A DNA stretch of 64,000 nt, taken from positions 178,431-242,430 of the forward strand of contig CAJTNO010000003.1 of the NCBI GenBank assembly GCA_910577815.1. Direction: 5' to 3'. The notes beneath the pieces were generated by a model. The model was not told where the DNA came from, made no database searches, and was given only the letters and a program-made list of their open reading frames with translations. The position numbers were made by a program, and so were the translations under genes. Below are positions 26,530-38,829 of this stretch, piece by piece (the stretch's first letter is position 1; the number at the start of each line of letters is the position of its first letter). Source of the DNA: an uncultured Christensenella sp. (GTDB lineage Bacteria > Bacillota > Clostridia > Christensenellales > CAG-917).

Positions 26530-27654
26530 TCATTCGTTATCATTATCTATATAGTATTTATAGGCGTCGAGCGTGAGCGAATATATTGCTCCGCCCTTTG
26601 CTTTCAGTTTGTTATATGTGTAATCAAGCGTTGCGAGAAAGCCCGCCTCAAAATCTTTTTTTGCTATCTCTCTGAGCTTCGGAATAGGCGCGTACTCCCT
26701 GTCGTCGGACAAGCTGTCCGCAGTATATATAAGCTTTTCAAGCTTAGTCATATCTGCTTTTGCCGTTGTATGGTAGCGAATTGCGTCGAGAATGCAACCA
26801 TCCTCTATACCGAAATCGCGTTTAGCCTTTTCAGCGCCTAAAAACTGATGCAGCACAGGAGTTCCTATAGCGTCCTCAGGCACATTTAAGCCATCTACCG
26901 ACGGACGTTGTTTAGCGTTGTCGTGCAGCAATGCAGACAGAAATACACGGTTAAAATTCTGTTGCAAATGGTGCTTGGAATTGAAATCCACCGCTCTTTT
27001 AACCACCGCTATGCTATGTGTAAACAATTCTTCCGTCTGATAGCTTTTCAGCTGCATTACCTTAGACCTGTAATTTTCAAATAACCCACGAAATTTTATC
27101 GCTTCCATTACCTTGACAGGTATTTCGTCCACATATTCGCCAAGCAGCAACCTCGCCTTGATTAAAGACGACGATATGTCCCTCCCCTTGTAATTAAGCA
27201 CGGTAAAATCTCCGCCATAGCTGTTTTTCAGTTCATCAACTTTTTTTTGAGTATCGCCGTAGCCCTCTCGGGATACTACCGCGATAGGACAGACATTTGC
27301 TACTATATCCGGTCTGTGCCAGGTATCGAAGTGCGCAATGCTGTCGCCGCCAATAAGATAAACTATATCTCCGTACTTTTGTTTAAGTATAGGCAAAACC
27401 TCGCTTGAATAGTTATTACAGCCTCTATCACGTTCTATGGTATCTATTTTTACGTCGAAGCCTTCAAACGCAATCTTCGCAAGCGCGCATCGTTCGTCAA
27501 ACGTCAAAAAGCCCTCGCTCTTGTGCGGAGGCAAATACGTAGGCACAAGCACGACGGAGGCTATATCAAGCGTCCGCATAGCATATCTGCACATTTCTAC
27601 GTGTTCGTTGTGCGGAGGGTCGAAGGCTCCTCCGAATATAAGCGTCTTTGACAT
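26530..27654 (-). CDS. nadD: fusion: nicotinate-nucleotide adenylyltransferase NadD :: HD-domain phosphohydrolase YqeK
   Basis: 374 aa. N-terminal GGAFDPPHNEH nucleotidyltransferase (residues 1 to ~190), then an HD domain (H...LLHD...). These are separate adjacent genes in Bacillus. Confidence 0.85.
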   Translation of the reverse strand: MSKTLIFGGAFDPPHNEHVEMCRYAMRTLDIASVVLVPTYLPPHKSEGFLTFDERCALAKIAFEGFDVKIDTIERDRGCNNYSSEVLPILKQKYGDIVYLIGGDSIAHFDTWHRPDIVANVCPIAVVSREGYGDTQKKVDELKNSYGGDFTVLNYKGRDISSSLIKARLLLGEYVDEIPVKVMEAIKFRGLFENYRSKVMQLKSYQTEELFTHSIAVVKRAVDFNSKHHLQQNFNRVFLSALLHDNAKQRPSVDGLNVPEDAIGTPVLHQFLGAEKAKRDFGIEDGCILDAIRYHTTAKADMTKLEKLIYTADSLSDDREYAPIPKLREIAKKDFEAGFLATLDYTYNKLKAKGGAIYSLTLDAYKYYIDNDNE

Positions 27655-27745
27655 ATTTTTATTATACTAAATAAATCCGCACAATTCAATAGATTAAATC
27701 GCCGTTTAAAGTTTTCAGCTCTTAAATTTTGGCAATAATCGTACT

Positions 27746-28582
27746 ATGGCTAAAATTCTGGATTATTTTTCAATGTCGTTCGTGCTGATGCTGCTTACAT
27801 TTGTATGGGCTACTCTTGCGTTTAAAAATTGGATAGGCGCATTGATTTTTTCCATTGCTTTTACGGCAGTTATTATAATTACAGTTAAATACATACTTTC
27901 AAAGAGAAACAGACCTTATTCGTACGAGCGTCTTGCTTTGGAATTTTCAATACGCGGAAACGAATACGTTATCAGTCTTCTAAAAAGCGTTTTAAAATAC
28001 GGATACCTTGATTGCGGAAAAAATTACATCGTACTTGACGATTGTGTAATTATATCCGCTTATAAGTTCTCGATGCTTACAATCGGCGATATGGGCGCAA
28101 TATGCGAGCTTGCGCAGAAATTCAAGGATAAAAGAGTTTACGTATTTGCTCGCGGAATAGACAGACGCGCCTATTCGATAGTTCAGCTCGAAAACGTCAA
28201 GTTTTCGCTTATAAAGATAAAGACTGTTTATAAATTCCTGTTACGACACGATGCGTTACCAGATTTAAAGCCTATCAAAAACAAATTTTCGTTACGCGCG
28301 TTTTTCGACGCCGTGCTTTGTCGCTCGAATTTCAAGTCTTATGCGTTTTCGGGCACGATTTTAATACTTGTATCTTTTATTACTCCTTTAAAAATATATT
28401 ATATAATTTTCGGAAGCATATCATTGATTTTCGCATTACTTACGCTTACTCCGCTCGGCAACGGTACGCTGATGTCGCCGAAGGTGATTTCCGATTTGGA
28501 GAATGCCGCCAACGCAAATAATAATCAAATTACTATAGACGAGCTACTGAATAAAGACGAAACTGAAAACACTGAAAAATAA
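27746..28582 (+). CDS. hypothetical membrane protein (2 N-terminal TM helices, cytosolic middle domain, 2 C-terminal TM helices)
   Basis: 278 aa. Hydrophobic segments at aa ~8-50 and ~200-240. No family recognised. Confidence 0.65.
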   Translation: MAKILDYFSMSFVLMLLTFVWATLAFKNWIGALIFSIAFTAVIIITVKYILSKRNRPYSYERLALEFSIRGNEYVISLLKSVLKYGYLDCGKNYIVLDDCVIISAYKFSMLTIGDMGAICELAQKFKDKRVYVFARGIDRRAYSIVQLENVKFSLIKIKTVYKFLLRHDALPDLKPIKNKFSLRAFFDAVLCRSNFKSYAFSGTILILVSFITPLKIYYIIFGSISLIFALLTLTPLGNGTLMSPKVISDLENAANANNNQITIDELLNKDETENTEK

Positions 28583-28641
28583 AGGAGCGATTTTAATGTT
28601 ATCACCAACAATTAAAACCGCTCTTTATTAAAAAATTTAAA

Positions 28642-31293
<2,652 letters not shown>

Positions 31294-31294
<1 letters not shown>

Positions 31295-32124
31295 TATCTA
31301 CCTCTCAAATTGCACAGATGAGCCTGCTCCTGCTCCCTGTATGTGCGACTGCGCAAAATCGCTTCATCAAAATCCACGCTGTGGCCGTCGAACTCCGGTC
31401 CGTCTATACAGGCATACTTTATTTCTCCGTCTACCGTAAGCCTGCAACAGCCGCACATTCCCGTACCGTCAACCATAAGCGAATTCATACTGACGACTGT
31501 CTTAATACCAAGCTCTTTTGTAAGATTGCAAACCGCTCTCATCATAGGCAGAGGTCCGACGGCAAACACGCAATCGTAGCTTTTTCCGCCCTCTGCAAGC
31601 TGCTTGAGCATATCCGTGACAAATCCCTTATTTCCGTTGGAGCCGTCATCGGTAATAAGATACAGTTTATCGCAGGTCCTTTCAAACTCGTCGGTATACA
31701 TAAGCAAGGATTTATTTCTCGCGCCCACAATTACGTCTACGGACTTACCCTCTGAATGTAATTGCTTTGCCTGCGGATAAATAACCGCGCTTCCGATACC
31801 TCCGCCAACAAGACATACGCGTTTAAACTCCTTCAAATCCGTAGGATTGCCGAGCGGTCCGACGAAATCCGCCAGAGCATCGCCGACGTTCATTTGCGAC
31901 AGCTTAACCGTTGTATAGCCTATCTCCTGAACAAGAATACGCACGGTTCCGTTTTCTCGCGAATAGTCGCATATGGTAAACGGAACACGCTCTCCCTCGT
32001 CGTCCGTGCGCAGAATAATAAACTGTCCCGCAAGACAGTGCTTTACTACAAGCGGAGCATATATCTCATACTCGTGAACGTTTTCGGCAAGTTGTCTTTT
32101 AGCTACTATTTCAAAATTCTTCAT
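31294..32124 (-). CDS. nfnA: NfnA-type subunit (ferredoxin-NADP reductase-like FAD/[2Fe-2S] protein)
   Basis: 276 aa. RPFTI-like motif (VPFTICD), GGGIGSA, C-terminal Cys cluster CGCC..C. Confidence 0.85.
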
Positions 32125-32130
32125 ATACTG

Positions 32131-32766
32131 TCACTTACTCTCCGCGGTGTTCTTTTTATAATGCTTACAGCACTCCTTGAGCGCGCATATTCCGCATTCG
32201 GGCGCACGGGAATGACATACGTATCTTCCGTGAAATATCAGCAAATGATGCAAATGCCCCCACAGCTCCTCGTCGAAGCCCTGCATCAACTGCTGCTCCG
32301 TATTTTCGGGCGTTTTCGCGTCGGCGAGCCCTATCCTGTTTGCAACCCGAAAAACGTGAGTGTCAACGGCAATAGCGTTTCCGCCGTAGGCAACCGCATA
32401 AACTACGTTTGCGGTTTTTCTTCCCACTCCTCTCAGCTGCATAAGCCCTTCTCTCGTTTCAGGCATTCCGCCAAGCTCGATTATACTCGCGCTAAGCTCC
32501 TTGATAGCCTTGGCTTTGTTGTGATAGAATCCGCAGGAGAATATGCGCTGCTCCAGCTCCTCGGTAGGCATAGCCACAAACTGCTCCGGCGTATTTGCCA
32601 CCTTATAAAGCTCCTCTGTAACCTTGTTTACCCGCTTATCCGTACACTGCGCCGACAGAACAACCGCTACAAGCAATTCAAAGGGCGAGCCGAAATTCAG
32701 CTCGCACTCCGCGTTTTTATGCATTCCGTCTAAAATAGTATATATATTATAATTTTCTTTAGTCAT
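32131..32766 (-). CDS. nth: endonuclease III
   Basis: Start set at MTKENYN (32766). LSAQCTD, HhH-GPD LRGVGRKTANVV, C-terminal C-x6-C-x2-C-x5-C cluster. Confidence 0.93.
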   Translation of the reverse strand: MTKENYNIYTILDGMHKNAECELNFGSPFELLVAVVLSAQCTDKRVNKVTEELYKVANTPEQFVAMPTEELEQRIFSCGFYHNKAKAIKELSASIIELGGMPETREGLMQLRGVGRKTANVVYAVAYGGNAIAVDTHVFRVANRIGLADAKTPENTEQQLMQGFDEELWGHLHHLLIFHGRYVCHSRAPECGICALKECCKHYKKNTAESK

Positions 32767-32829
32767 ATTGCCATTATTGCACAGCAATGCGGATTTGGCA
32801 AGCACAGGTTGATTTCTTTGTGCATTTAT

Positions 32830-33078
32830 TTACACCTTTATCGCAGTTCCGTTAGTCGAGAAGTAGTAAAAGCCTATAGCCGAATTGAAACGGCCGCGCT
32901 CAAGCACTTTCTTGGCAAGAGGCATATCCTTTGCAAACAGCTTAACCGACAAGCCGCAGCCGACCTTAGCCGACGACGGAGTATTTATAATTTTACACAT
33001 TACGCGGTATCCGAGCAGAGCTTCGTAAAACGCAATCGCCTCCGAGCGCGAACGGAACGCTATAAAAAATTCTCTCAT
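32830..33078 (-). CDS. small DUF3343-like protein (putative S/Se-metabolism accessory protein)
   Basis: The track ORF starts at a TTG. ATG 33078 has the RBS GGAGGA. 82 aa. It is divergent from a class V aminotransferase gene. The family call is from memory of sequence pattern and context. Confidence 0.5.
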   Translation of the reverse strand: MREFFIAFRSRSEAIAFYEALLGYRVMCKIINTPSSAKVGCGLSVKLFAKDMPLAKKVLERGRFNSAIGFYYFSTNGTAIKV

Positions 33079-33246
33079 ATCATCCTCCAATATATGTATC
33101 CGTTCTTAAAAATCTGCCGTATATCCGATAATTTTACATAAAATACCGTGATAATTACGCATACCTCTACATTTAATATATTCTCGCGCACATATTTGGT
33201 GATATAAAGCATAGATTAGCCTATAAACGCGCACAAGGAGAATTAT

Positions 33247-34368
33247 ATGCTATATCTTGACAATGCCGCAACGTCCAGATTCAAACCGCAGGGAGTAATC
33301 GACGCGGTAAATCACGACCTGAGAAACTCGGCAAACAGCGGACGCAGCGGACATTCGGACGCCATAAGCGCGGGAATGCGCATAGAAAATTGCAGATATT
33401 ACCTTAAATCCGCACTCGGAGCAGACGACGGATATCAGGTTATATTCACAAAAAACTGTACGGAAGCGTTGAATCTTGCCATATTCGGATTGATAAAGGG
33501 AGGAGAGCGCGTTCTCACTACAAGCAACGAGCATAACTCCGTGCTACGCCCGTTGTACGAGCTTGAAAGACAAGGAAAAATATGTCTTACGATACATAAC
33601 ACTTTAGGACAAAGCATAGATATGGCGCTGTTTACTCAACAGGCTGAGCAAGCGGACGTTATAATAGTAGGCGGAGCCTGCAACGTTACGGGATATACGG
33701 CAGACCTAAAGGAAATAGGAAAAATAGCAAAAACGGTCAACGCAGTACTGATTGTAGACGGAGCGCAATCCGTACCCATTATACCTATTGATATAAAGGA
33801 ATACGGAATAGATATGCTCGCCTGCCCGGGACACAAGGGCTTGCACGGCATACAAGGCACAGGCTTTTTGATTTTTAAAAACGGAACAGAGCTGCGCCCT
33901 CTCCTGTACGGCGGAACAGGCTCTTTCTCCTCGAGCGTTTATCAGCCAGTCGACGCACCCGACGCATTTGAAGCGGGAACGCTGTTCGCAGGCGGAATTG
34001 CCGCATTATACGAGGGTGCTAAATGGTCGTTCAATCACGCCGACAATACCAGAAGTAATTACGCGCAGCTGACTAAAACGGCATTATACAACCTTAAAAC
34101 GATAGGCTGTACACTGTATACCAAAGAAACCGCAACGGGCGTGATAGCGTTTAACATCGGCGATACGGACAGCTCGTATATAGCCGAGCTCTTAAACGAA
34201 TACGGAATAGCGGTACGCAGCGGTTTACACTGCGCTCCGCTTGTGCATAAAGCGCTCGGCACCGAAAATCAGGGAGCGGTACGCGCAAGCATAGGCGTTG
34301 AAACTACTGTGAAGGATATCGCCTATTTTTGCAAAGCTATAGAAAAAATCAAAAGAAAGCTAAAATAA
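33247..34368 (+). CDS. class V aminotransferase / cysteine desulfurase-family protein
   Basis: 373 aa. LDNAATS start, PLP-Lys context PGHKGLHG, RBS AAGGAG. Confidence 0.88.
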   Translation: MLYLDNAATSRFKPQGVIDAVNHDLRNSANSGRSGHSDAISAGMRIENCRYYLKSALGADDGYQVIFTKNCTEALNLAIFGLIKGGERVLTTSNEHNSVLRPLYELERQGKICLTIHNTLGQSIDMALFTQQAEQADVIIVGGACNVTGYTADLKEIGKIAKTVNAVLIVDGAQSVPIIPIDIKEYGIDMLACPGHKGLHGIQGTGFLIFKNGTELRPLLYGGTGSFSSSVYQPVDAPDAFEAGTLFAGGIAALYEGAKWSFNHADNTRSNYAQLTKTALYNLKTIGCTLYTKETATGVIAFNIGDTDSSYIAELLNEYGIAVRSGLHCAPLVHKALGTENQGAVRASIGVETTVKDIAYFCKAIEKIKRKLK

Positions 34369-34399
34369 AACTCCCATAATTTATAGGTATATATTCCAT

Positions 34400-34437
34400 A
34401 AAGCAAAGCGCAGGAGTTACCTGCGCTTTGCTTTATT
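34400..34437. terminator. bidirectional intrinsic terminator between convergent genes
   Basis: AAAGCAAAGCGCAGGagttaCCTGCGCTTTGCTTT: a 15-bp perfect stem. Confidence 0.85.
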
Positions 34438-34439
34438 AT

Positions 34440-35555
34440 TTACAGTCTGAATATTTTATTGCCGTCTACGATATTCGCGCTGTTGATTATGGCGTGCTTA
34501 ATCTGTCTTGGCGTTATATTCCTGTATTTCTGACACAAAAGACAGCAAGCACCTGCTACATACGGCGCGGCGGCGGACGTACCCGTCATTGTAGAATAAG
34601 TACCTCCCGCGCTTATACCCTTAATCTCAACACCGTCCGCAAAAACGTCGGGACGAAGCGCGCCCTGATAAACTCCTCTTGAAGTAAACGGAGCAAGCTT
34701 ATCGTTTCCGTCCACAGCTCCAACGGCAATTACTTCATTGCTTATAGCCGGCGATTTCAAGGCGTTTTCTCCGCTGTTGCCCGAGGCTACAACCACGGTC
34801 AAGCCGCTTCGCGAAAGCATTTCCGCGCCTATCTTGAGCGGGTCTGCATAACTCTGCGGCTCTGCGCCGAAGCTCATACAAACAACCCGTATTCCATATT
34901 GTCTGAAATTATCAAACAGCCATTGCATTCCGTCAAGAATCTTAAAAGTTCCGCTTTCGCCGCTCGCGCCTATGACCTTGAGTCCCACAATATTTGCGCG
35001 AGGCGCAACTCCCATTATTCTTCCGCCCGAAAGCGTTCCGTTTCCGCAGGCTACGCCCGCAACAAACGTTCCGTGTCCGTTATCGTCATAAGGCTCGCTA
35101 TCAGAGCCTATCATATCAACAAAATGCACTATTCTTTCGCGCGGAATTGATAAATCGCTATGCGGAGATACGCCCGTATCCATAACGCACATAGTCACGC
35201 CGTCGCCGTCAAGGTCGGTGGAAAGCGACAATGAATTTGCACTATTTCGGCTATCTAAGCCACCAAAATCGTTATCGAGCGCAAAAACCTTACCCTGTGC
35301 CGAAACATACTCCACCTCTTGCATACGCTCAAGCTTTATTGCGTCCTTAAGCTCGCACATTATTCCCACCGAGCGTATAAACGGATACATAGCCGTAACC
35401 TTAAAATTTCGCTCGAGCATACCGAGATGCAGCGGATTATGTACTCTTACCAGCGCGCTTACGCTCTGATGAACTCCCAGGACGTTTACAAGATTGCCGT
35501 CGAATTTTCTGTCCGTTCGCATCATATCGATGATGCTTCTGTCAATCTTGTCCAT
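34440..35555 (-). CDS. subtilisin-family (S8) serine protease, apparently intracellular, with N-terminal propeptide-like region
   Basis: 371 aa. Catalytic triad contexts MDTGV, HGTFVAG, GTSAAAPYVAG. No signal peptide. Confidence 0.88.
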   Translation of the reverse strand: MDKIDRSIIDMMRTDRKFDGNLVNVLGVHQSVSALVRVHNPLHLGMLERNFKVTAMYPFIRSVGIMCELKDAIKLERMQEVEYVSAQGKVFALDNDFGGLDSRNSANSLSLSTDLDGDGVTMCVMDTGVSPHSDLSIPRERIVHFVDMIGSDSEPYDDNGHGTFVAGVACGNGTLSGGRIMGVAPRANIVGLKVIGASGESGTFKILDGMQWLFDNFRQYGIRVVCMSFGAEPQSYADPLKIGAEMLSRSGLTVVVASGNSGENALKSPAISNEVIAVGAVDGNDKLAPFTSRGVYQGALRPDVFADGVEIKGISAGGTYSTMTGTSAAAPYVAGACCLLCQKYRNITPRQIKHAIINSANIVDGNKIFRL

Positions 35556-35557
35556 AT

Positions 35558-35848
35558 TCAGCCCTTAAACATATCGATAATCGAGCGCATACGCTGCTTC
35601 TGCTCCTCATTTAAAAACGGAGCGGCGGTATTATATAAATTCTCCATCGCTGCGGCGTCAAACGAGCCGTCTTTTTTCATACGCGCAACCGTAGCGGATA
35701 ACTCGCTCATAAGCTGGTCCTCGCTTTTACTGCTGTACCGGTCAAATTTTTCCTTGACGTCTTTGTCGATATTGCAGCTCTCCGCCGTCTTATTTTCATT
35801 ATTTACGTCGTTTTGCGTATTATAACTATTACGTTCCCAAAAATTCAT
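35558..35848 (-). CDS. small hypothetical protein
   Basis: Start set at ATG 35848, which has the RBS GGAGGA (MNFWERNSYN...). 96 aa. Its stop is 2 nt from the S8 protease start. Confidence 0.6.
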   Translation of the reverse strand: MNFWERNSYNTQNDVNNENKTAESCNIDKDVKEKFDRYSSKSEDQLMSELSATVARMKKDGSFDAAAMENLYNTAAPFLNEEQKQRMRSIIDMFKG

Positions 35849-35906
35849 ACTGTCCTCCGTCACATTCAATATATGTCGGCATATTATGATTGTGACAAGG
35901 TGAAAT

Positions 35907-36566
35907 ATGAATTTTGACGTCAACACTCTATCAACGCTTATGCAGCTTATGAACTCGCAGCGCCCTAAAGAACCCGAGACACCTCCCTCGCAAAACGTCG
36001 GGGGCGACGGTTATAACAATAGCGCATATCGCGAAAACGGATACGCTTCGCAAAGTCAATCGGAACCGATGCCGCAGCAATCGCTTTTTGCTATGCAGAA
36101 CGGCTTGGGTCAGCGCATTGACCTAAGCCCTAAACAGGAGAAAAGACAAACGGCGCAACCATCGTCAAATCCTATGTCCTCGCTATTTGATATGATGGCA
36201 GGTAAAAGCTCGGGAGGAGGCGACGCGCTTACAAGCCTTATGCCTATGCTAATGAATATGATGGGCGCCAATAAAAACGCACAGGTAGCGCAAAGCAATG
36301 CAAGTAATCAACAGCGTGGCTCAAATAACCTCAATAGCTTTGAGCAAAAGCTGAAGGAGGCAAAGGAAAAAGCCGACAGCGCCCAAAGCTCGCACGAAAC
36401 AAACGCCAGTAACAAGGACAGCGGCGAGCAAGCAAAAAAGCATACATCAATAAAAAACTCGCGCGACAGATACGAGCCTATAACTTTTGCAGGATACACG
36501 CTTATAAGCTCTCTCAACAAGCTATTTGTCGCCAAAAAGCACGAAGCAGGACTTGCGCGTAAATAG
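35907..36566 (+). CDS. hypothetical Gln/Ser/Met-rich low-complexity protein
   Basis: 219 aa with the RBS AAGGTGA. Contains ..SLMPMLMNMMGANKN... Confidence 0.6.
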   Translation: MNFDVNTLSTLMQLMNSQRPKEPETPPSQNVGGDGYNNSAYRENGYASQSQSEPMPQQSLFAMQNGLGQRIDLSPKQEKRQTAQPSSNPMSSLFDMMAGKSSGGGDALTSLMPMLMNMMGANKNAQVAQSNASNQQRGSNNLNSFEQKLKEAKEKADSAQSSHETNASNKDSGEQAKKHTSIKNSRDRYEPITFAGYTLISSLNKLFVAKKHEAGLARK

Positions 36567-36595
36567 CATAATTATTTATTCATATTTCAAATAGT

Positions 36596-36624
36596 AAAAA
36601 ACAGCGCATATCTGCGCTGTTTTC
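36596..36624. terminator. bidirectional intrinsic terminator (glyA and the 35907 gene)
   Basis: aaaaaACAGCGCAtatcTGCGCTGTtttc. Confidence 0.8.
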
Positions 36625-36649
36625 AATTTATATGGTGTTGGTTATGTAA

Positions 36650-37903
36650 TTACATAAGTATGTCGTTCTCGTATATCGGGAATTTCCTGCAAAGCTCTAT
36701 GACCTTAGCCTTGACGCCTTCTATTGCGGCTACCTGATTATAGATTATATCCGCAATGCAATCTCCGATAATCGCCATCTCCGCTTCCTTCATTCCGCGC
36801 GTAGTAACCGCGGGAGTACCGATACGCACGCCGCTGGTGATAGAGGGCTTTTGCGGGTCGTTGGGAATAGCATTTTTGTTGAGAGTAATGTGCGCCGCGT
36901 CGAGCAAGACTTCAAGCTGCTTGCCCGTAACGCCGTTTTCAACAAGATTGAGCAGCATAAGATGATTGTCCGTTCCGCCGCTTATGATGTTGAGTCCGCG
37001 CTCTATAAGCCTGTTTGCAAGGGCTTTGGCGTTAAGCACAACCTGATGCTGATATGCCTTGAATTCGGGCGAAAGAGCTTCCTTAAAAGCCACAGCCTTT
37101 GCCGCCACGATATGCATAAGCGGACCGCCCTGAGTGCCGGGGAAGATAGTTTTGTCTATAGCCTTGGCAACGTCCTCGTTATTTGTAAGAATAAGTCCAC
37201 CGCGAGGTCCTCTCAACGTCTTATGCGTAGTAGAGGTAACTATATCCGCGTAAGGCATAGGACTCATATGCTCCCCTGCCGCCACAAGACCTGCGATATG
37301 CGCCATATCAACCATAAGATACGCGCCGACCTCGTCGGCTATTTCGCGGAAGCGTTTAAAATCGATGGCACGCGGATATGCGCTTGCGCCCGCAACAATC
37401 AGACGGGGCTTGCACTCGCGCGCTATTCTGAGCACCTCGTCGTAATCGAGATAGCCTTCGTCGTTCACCCCATAGGACACCGAGTTAAATACCTTTCCGC
37501 TCATACTGACCTTCGCGCCGTGAGTAAGGTGTCCGCCTGCGTTAAGGTCCATACCCAAAATTGTGTCGCCCGGCTTAAGAAGGCTGTAGTACGCCGTAAA
37601 ATTGGCATTGGAGCCGCTGTGAGCCTGCACGTTGGCATACTTCGCGCCGAAAAGCTCCTTTGCGCGTTCGATGGCAAGCACTTCGGATTTATCCACAAAT
37701 TCGCAGCCGCCATAGTAACGCCTGCCGGGATAGCCCTCGGCATACTTATTTGTGTAAAAACTGCCTGCAACCGCTAAAACTGCGGGACTGACTATGTTTT
37801 CGCTTGCAATAAGCTCCAAGTTGTACTGTTGGCGATGGAGTTCCTCCACCATCGAGGTATAAAGCTCCTCGTCGGCGGCTTTGATAACTTTGAGGTCGAC
37901 CAT
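36650..37903 (-). CDS. glyA: serine hydroxymethyltransferase
   Basis: Start set at ATG 37903, which has the RBS AGGAGA. ..LIASEN.VS.. and the PLP site [14 protein letters not shown]. Confidence 0.96.
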   Translation of the reverse strand: MVDLKVIKAADEELYTSMVEELHRQQYNLELIASENIVSPAVLAVAGSFYTNKYAEGYPGRRYYGGCEFVDKSEVLAIERAKELFGAKYANVQAHSGSNANFTAYYSLLKPGDTILGMDLNAGGHLTHGAKVSMSGKVFNSVSYGVNDEGYLDYDEVLRIARECKPRLIVAGASAYPRAIDFKRFREIADEVGAYLMVDMAHIAGLVAAGEHMSPMPYADIVTSTTHKTLRGPRGGLILTNNEDVAKAIDKTIFPGTQGGPLMHIVAAKAVAFKEALSPEFKAYQHQVVLNAKALANRLIERGLNIISGGTDNHLMLLNLVENGVTGKQLEVLLDAAHITLNKNAIPNDPQKPSITSGVRIGTPAVTTRGMKEAEMAIIGDCIADIIYNQVAAIEGVKAKVIELCRKFPIYENDILM

Positions 37904-38034
37904 AATAGTATCTCCTATATAAAATTGAGTCTGCTTTGAGATTTGACGCGTGGCAGTCAAACCGTTTATAATATCCTATCAAATCCGCGCGCAATTTGTC
38001 AAAGCTACAGCGCAGATTTGAGGACTTAAATTTA

Positions 38035-38346
38035 TCAGAGGTATTTATCGAGCACCTCTGCTATCTGACTTTTTACGCGGAAGCCGACAAGCTTCTCCTT
38101 TACGTCGCCTTCCTTAAAAATAAATACCGAAGGAATGGAATAAACTCCGTATCTCTCTGCAAGCTCGGGATATTCGTCCACGTCCACCTTGCAAATCTGC
38201 GCCCTGCCGTCGTAATCCTCCGCAAGCTCCTTAATAGAGGGCGCAAGCATCTTGCACGGACCGCACCAGGACGCCCAGAAATCAACAAGAGTAACGCCCT
38301 GCTTTATCGTAAAATCAAAATTGTCTGTTGTCAAAATCTTTTCCAT
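38035..38346 (-). CDS. trxA: thioredoxin
   Basis: 103 aa with the active site WASWCGPCK. Confidence 0.95.
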   Translation of the reverse strand: MEKILTTDNFDFTIKQGVTLVDFWASWCGPCKMLAPSIKELAEDYDGRAQICKVDVDEYPELAERYGVYSIPSVFIFKEGDVKEKLVGFRVKSQIAEVLDKYL

Positions 38347-38385
38347 ATTAACTCCTTTGCCGTTATCGGCTAAAATATGTAGCTG

Positions 38386-38829
38386 TCAGTTGTGATTTTT
38401 TTCGGGCTTGGCGTTGAGATAATCTACCTCGCGGCAAGCCCCGAGCATTCTCGGCTTATATCCGTTTTTCTTACGCAAAACAAATACGTCTATAGGTATC
38501 GCAAACGCAAAGCCGACAACCAAGCCTGCAAGCGCAATCAGAATACCCGCGCCCACGCTTGCAAGAGAGCCGACTCCCGCGCCTATTGCCGTAAGAAAAA
38601 GCGGAAGCAGGTATATGAGCATAGACGTCCTGAATACCCGTTTATTGTATATTTCGACCTTCACGTAGTCGTCAACGCTGAGTTCAAGCGAATTTTCAAG
38701 CTCAAGTTCTACGTATGCGCCGTCCTTAATCACGCTACAGATGCCGCACCCGTCGCATTTACCTCTACGGTAAAATCTGACTACGGCGTTGCTATCCTTT
38801 AGTTTAACTATTCTGCCGATTTCGGTCAT
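38386..38829 (-). CDS. RseC/MucC-family (SoxR-reducing system) membrane protein
   Basis: 147 aa. N-terminal Cys motif CDGCGIC followed by two TM helices. Confidence 0.7.
   Translation of the reverse strand: MTEIGRIVKLKDSNAVVRFYRRGKCDGCGICSVIKDGAYVELELENSLELSVDDYVKVEIYNKRVFRTSMLIYLLPLFLTAIGAGVGSLASVGAGILIALAGLVVGFAFAIPIDVFVLRKKNGYKPRMLGACREVDYLNAKPEKNHN

Noticed and set aside
31762-32733. Long antisense ORFs lying fully inside well-supported genes. Examples: 31762-32733 (+, 323 aa, opposite nfnA/nth), 46641-47663 (+, opposite comM), 36851-37777 (+, opposite glyA), 15933-16796 (+, opposite the deacetylase), 1308-1952 (+, opposite rsmH), 43419-44168 (+, opposite topA), 49559-50317 (+, opposite the 751-aa gene).
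   Set aside because: Their translations are compositionally odd (rich in R/L/S/C, no recognisable motifs) and lack RBSs. Each lies opposite a gene with unmistakable family motifs. They are typical shadow ORFs.
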